This document shows, piece after piece, positions 60,830 to 64,000 of a DNA stretch of 64,000 bases. A program made the position numbers and the translations under genes. Location: assembly GCF_000143415.4 (NCBI RefSeq), contig NW_003314272.1, forward strand, positions 2,629,728 to 2,693,727, in the 5' to 3' direction. Positions within the stretch are counted from its first letter, which is position 1; each line of letters starts with the position of its first letter. Source of the stretch: Selaginella moellendorffii (taxonomy: Eukaryota; Plantae; Lycopodiophyta). Under the pieces are notes generated by a model. The model had not been told where the DNA came from and ran no database searches. It saw only the letters and a list, made by a program, of their open reading frames with translations.

Positions 60830-60910
60830 CTAAGGGTGAAACCCAAAAGCATGTTGTTCCTCATAGGGGTGCGGGGCTATAGGGGGTTTTAAATGTATAG
60901 TAAGGATAGT
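60830..60910 (+). repeat. Relic of the LARD-family LTR core motif
   Basis: GGGTGAAACCCAAAAGCATG..CATAGGGG..GGGGGTT..GTATAGTAAGG resembles 33457-33525. Confidence 0.6.
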
Positions 60911-61713
60911 AGACAGGTCGGGCATAGTTGACTAACTTGAGGTATAGTTTAGCTTCCATTTGTGTGTTTGTCCTTGTTCTACATTCGGCTTGGGTCTAAA
61001 TCCAAGTTTCACACCGTACTAGTTGATGGAATACCCATATCCTCATGTTAAGTCACCAGTATGATAAATTTCATTTAACTCTATTTTATATGCTAATTCT
61101 GGTATTACAATGCTTGATGCTCTAGGATTGTTCCAAGTTGCTCCATGCTTCTGTCCTCCTGTTTCTTGGGCTATATGCTCAAGAGTTATTCTGTGCTCCA
61201 GTACTTCCATTCTTTGGCTTTATGTTTAAGAATTTGGCTCCGTTCCTTCATTCAGTGGCCTAAGGCTCTAAAACTTAAATTCTACTCAATTGTCCTTGGA
61301 TATGTGGTATGTAGCATGTGGTATATGACATATGGCACATAAATGATTTAGGTTCCACTTTGTGATTATTCTATAGTAAATCACCATAGGATAAAAGGTG
61401 AAAATTACATGTGCTACAATTAATAAAAGGTACTTCATTATTAAAGTGGGGGAGGTTGTATTGCTTAATGGGATTTGAACTTCTTATATATGATTTAAAG
61501 ATTTTTTATTGAATTTTCATAATTAATGCTAATGCCATTTTTTAAGCTTCTTTCCTTTTCTTGCTCTTTCTCATGTTCTAAGCCTTTTATCCTATCAAAT
61601 AAGACCTCAAGTTTATGTGATTTAGCCTTAAAAACAAATAACACTATTAAGAATAAATAACACTATCTATAAATCCATTGGTGCCTTTTCTTTATGTTCT
61701 TCCATATCCTAGC

Positions 61714-62108
61714 TATCAAGACCCCCAACATGATCAAGACTGGAAAATGCAAAAGACAAAGAGAAAAGCTAATGGAAACAAAGAAGAGGCCTTAGACTGG
61801 TGTTGATTCAGATTGTGGAGAAATGGAACAAGGCTAAGTTATATATACTATAGGTTGATGAAGCTCCACCACTCTTGGATTGAGGACGGCCTAAATATAG
61901 TTGAGGTTGAGGAGGCGCCACATCAATATCAGGAATGTGGCTCGAGACTCAGGAATTGTCCAGGAAATCAGAGAGTCAGGAATAGGGAAGTGTCTTGAGA
62001 GTCAGGAATAGGGAAGTGTCTCGAGAATCAGGAATGTGGTCTGCAGGTCAGGAATCTGGCGAGAGTCAGGAATGTGGCAAGAATTGGAGGATTCGGGGAT
62101 TCCTGACA
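61714..62108. mobile_element. 395-bp solo-LTR-like insertion with TCAGGAAT tandem repeats
   Basis: TSD CTAGC (61709-61713 and 62109-62113); termini TATCAAGACCCC / GGGGATTCCTGACA; repeats at 61929-62075. Confidence 0.75.
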
Positions 62109-63133
62109 CTAGCCCATTAGCTAAACAATTTTAATTGCCTTTCATCTTTCCAACAAGAGAGGCTAAAGTTGTTAGTAACTAAATAGAATTACTCGAGAGA
62201 TGGTGCATTAGGTTTATATATAGAAGGAAAGGGCATATAAACAAGAGTGCACATACTTTTCTAATTAATTAATGGTTTTGGGATACTTGAGATTAAGTGT
62301 TTGAATAGTACTATATAAGTTAAAAGGGATAATCAAATATACAAAAATCACAATATTAGAAGCTTAACTTTATAATTTAATTCTATAATTCAATGCATAC
62401 ACTTCTTTAGATAATGCTTGAATGATTTATTTGATTTGGTCACTCTTAACACTTATGTGTAATATATTATTCTTCTACTTTCTTAGATACTGGTGCTAAT
62501 TTGAAAAATAGCAATAATCTATTTGATTTACTTGCTTAATATATATATAAAAATTAGAATAATAAATTAATGTATTGATTATATCATAAAAAATTTAATT
62601 GTTAATTTGATTTACTAGCTCCCAATATTTATGCCTAATAAAAATATTAAGATATCATCTACTTTGTTAGATAGTGTTGTCAGGAAAGCTCATTGCATAA
62701 TATAACATGTTCATTTTGTTGATTGTATGACAGGGAATAAAAAATGTTTTAATGCTCTTGGGATGTATTAATTTTAGAAATTGAATTATATCTTATTTCT
62801 TTGTAACTATATTTTAAGGAATTTTTGAAAATGCATCAATTTGAATCGATAATTTCTTACAGTTTTTCTAGGCATGAAAAACCCCTTTGTTGATCAACAT
62901 ACCACAAACATTAGTATAACAATATAGAGAATGCACATCGAGGTGATCTACAAGTGGAGGAAACATTAAAAATCTTATCTAAGCACAATAGCCACAAGTT
63001 TACAACCAGGCTACTTGGGTTGCCACTACCTAGCAATTTGGATAGTGGAGGGAAAACTAAAATCTTTATCTAAGACATACAGAACCCAGTCTTGGGAACT
63101 GATTATCTTCAAAACGATTAGGGTTTCCGGTTT

Positions 63134-64000
63134 ATGGATAGAGAAGAGCTGCCGCGTGAGATCCTGGTGCACATCCTCCGTCGCCTTGGATTCGAGGACA
63201 GGTATGCGGCTGCGACGCTCGTATGCAAAGCCTGGCGCGATGCCGTCACAGATCCCGCCTGCTGGGATGTCGCAAGTGTGGAGGAATGCTTTGAGAGGAG
63301 GCTCGAGGTTGTGCTCTGGTCCACTGACGAATTCGAGGAGAGGATCGACGCCATGGTGAAAAATGTGGTGGATTGGAGCCGGGGAGGCCTCCGCGAGCTC
63401 CACGCCCGCCACTGCTCCAATGCGGCCCTCGTCTACGTTGCCTCGAAGTAATTGCTCTCCTATTTTCGCTGGACTTGATTGATTCGTTTCGAATTCCAGA
63501 TGTCCGCGCCTCCAATCGCTCTCGATGAGAGACAGCCCCAACCTCACCGACGTCGCAGGCGCTGCCATCGCCGCAGCGTGCCCGGAGCTCCGGGAACTGG
63601 ATCTCTCCAACACCAAGTGCATCTCGCTCGAATGCTTCAAGCCCTGCAAATCCCTGGTAAGTCTCAAGATGAATTCCCCCGATCGTCGCCGTCTTGTTCC
63701 CCTAGGATACCGCGCATTGCAGGGCGCGGCATTCGCAAGTGCGATGCCGGGGCTGGAAGTTCTGGAATTCAGGAATGGTGCTCTCTCGGATGCGGACCTC
63801 CAATCGATCTTAGACGGCTGCTCCAAGATCCGCCACTTAGATTTGCGTGGCTGCCAGGGGCTGTCCAACGCGGCGGTGGAAGCGGCGAGCTCGATCGTCC
63901 CTTGCTTCCTCAAGCCTCTCCCGCGCTTGGACGAGCCAGAATTCCCTCGCTATGGGCACTGGCAGCTCTACAGCGAGAGATTCCAGCCCGAATTCCAGTT
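63134..64000 (+). CDS. F-box/LRR protein, SKIP1-like; intron 63448-63499; runs off the window end
   Basis: F-box LPREILVHILRRL..VCKAWR; VVDWSRGGL; LRRs KCPRLQSLSM, CPELRELDLS, IRHLDLRGC; C-terminal RYGHWQLYSERFQ. Confidence 0.85.

Noticed and set aside
63026-63913. 295-aa minus-strand ORF
   Set aside because: Antisense to the well-supported F-box/LRR gene; no recognisable domain.

Overview
Eukaryotic land-plant genomic DNA. It is most consistent with a lycophyte such as Selaginella; this is inferred from 48-60 nt introns, very tight gene packing, PPRs built from tandem 31-aa motifs and an aegerolysin gene. The window has five zones. (1) 0.4-7.6 kb: a gulonolactone-oxidase-like gene, two head-to-head PLS/E-type PPR genes and a SWIB pseudogene. 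(2) 10.7-18 kb: a shuffled region bracketed by a ~1 kb inverted duplication. It holds a small family of Uma2/PD-(D/E)XK-like nuclease genes (one split by a hAT-type MITE) and O-methyltransferase fragments. (3) 18-47 kb: nested retroelements, namely an internally deleted Ty3/Gypsy element, two copies of a non-autonomous long-LTR element with satellite-like arrays in its LTRs and a T-loop hairpin array inside, a solo LTR and older relics. (4) 47.9-56.2 kb: a dense gene island with an aegerolysin carrying an apparent signal peptide, a PLATZ-like protein, a SPARK/RKF3-like receptor kinase, gankyrin, a TMEM41/DedA protein and a U-box/ARM ligase. (5) 56.5-64 kb: TE relics and a SKIP1-like F-box gene running off the window. 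All calls come from reading the sequence by eye; no database searches were run.
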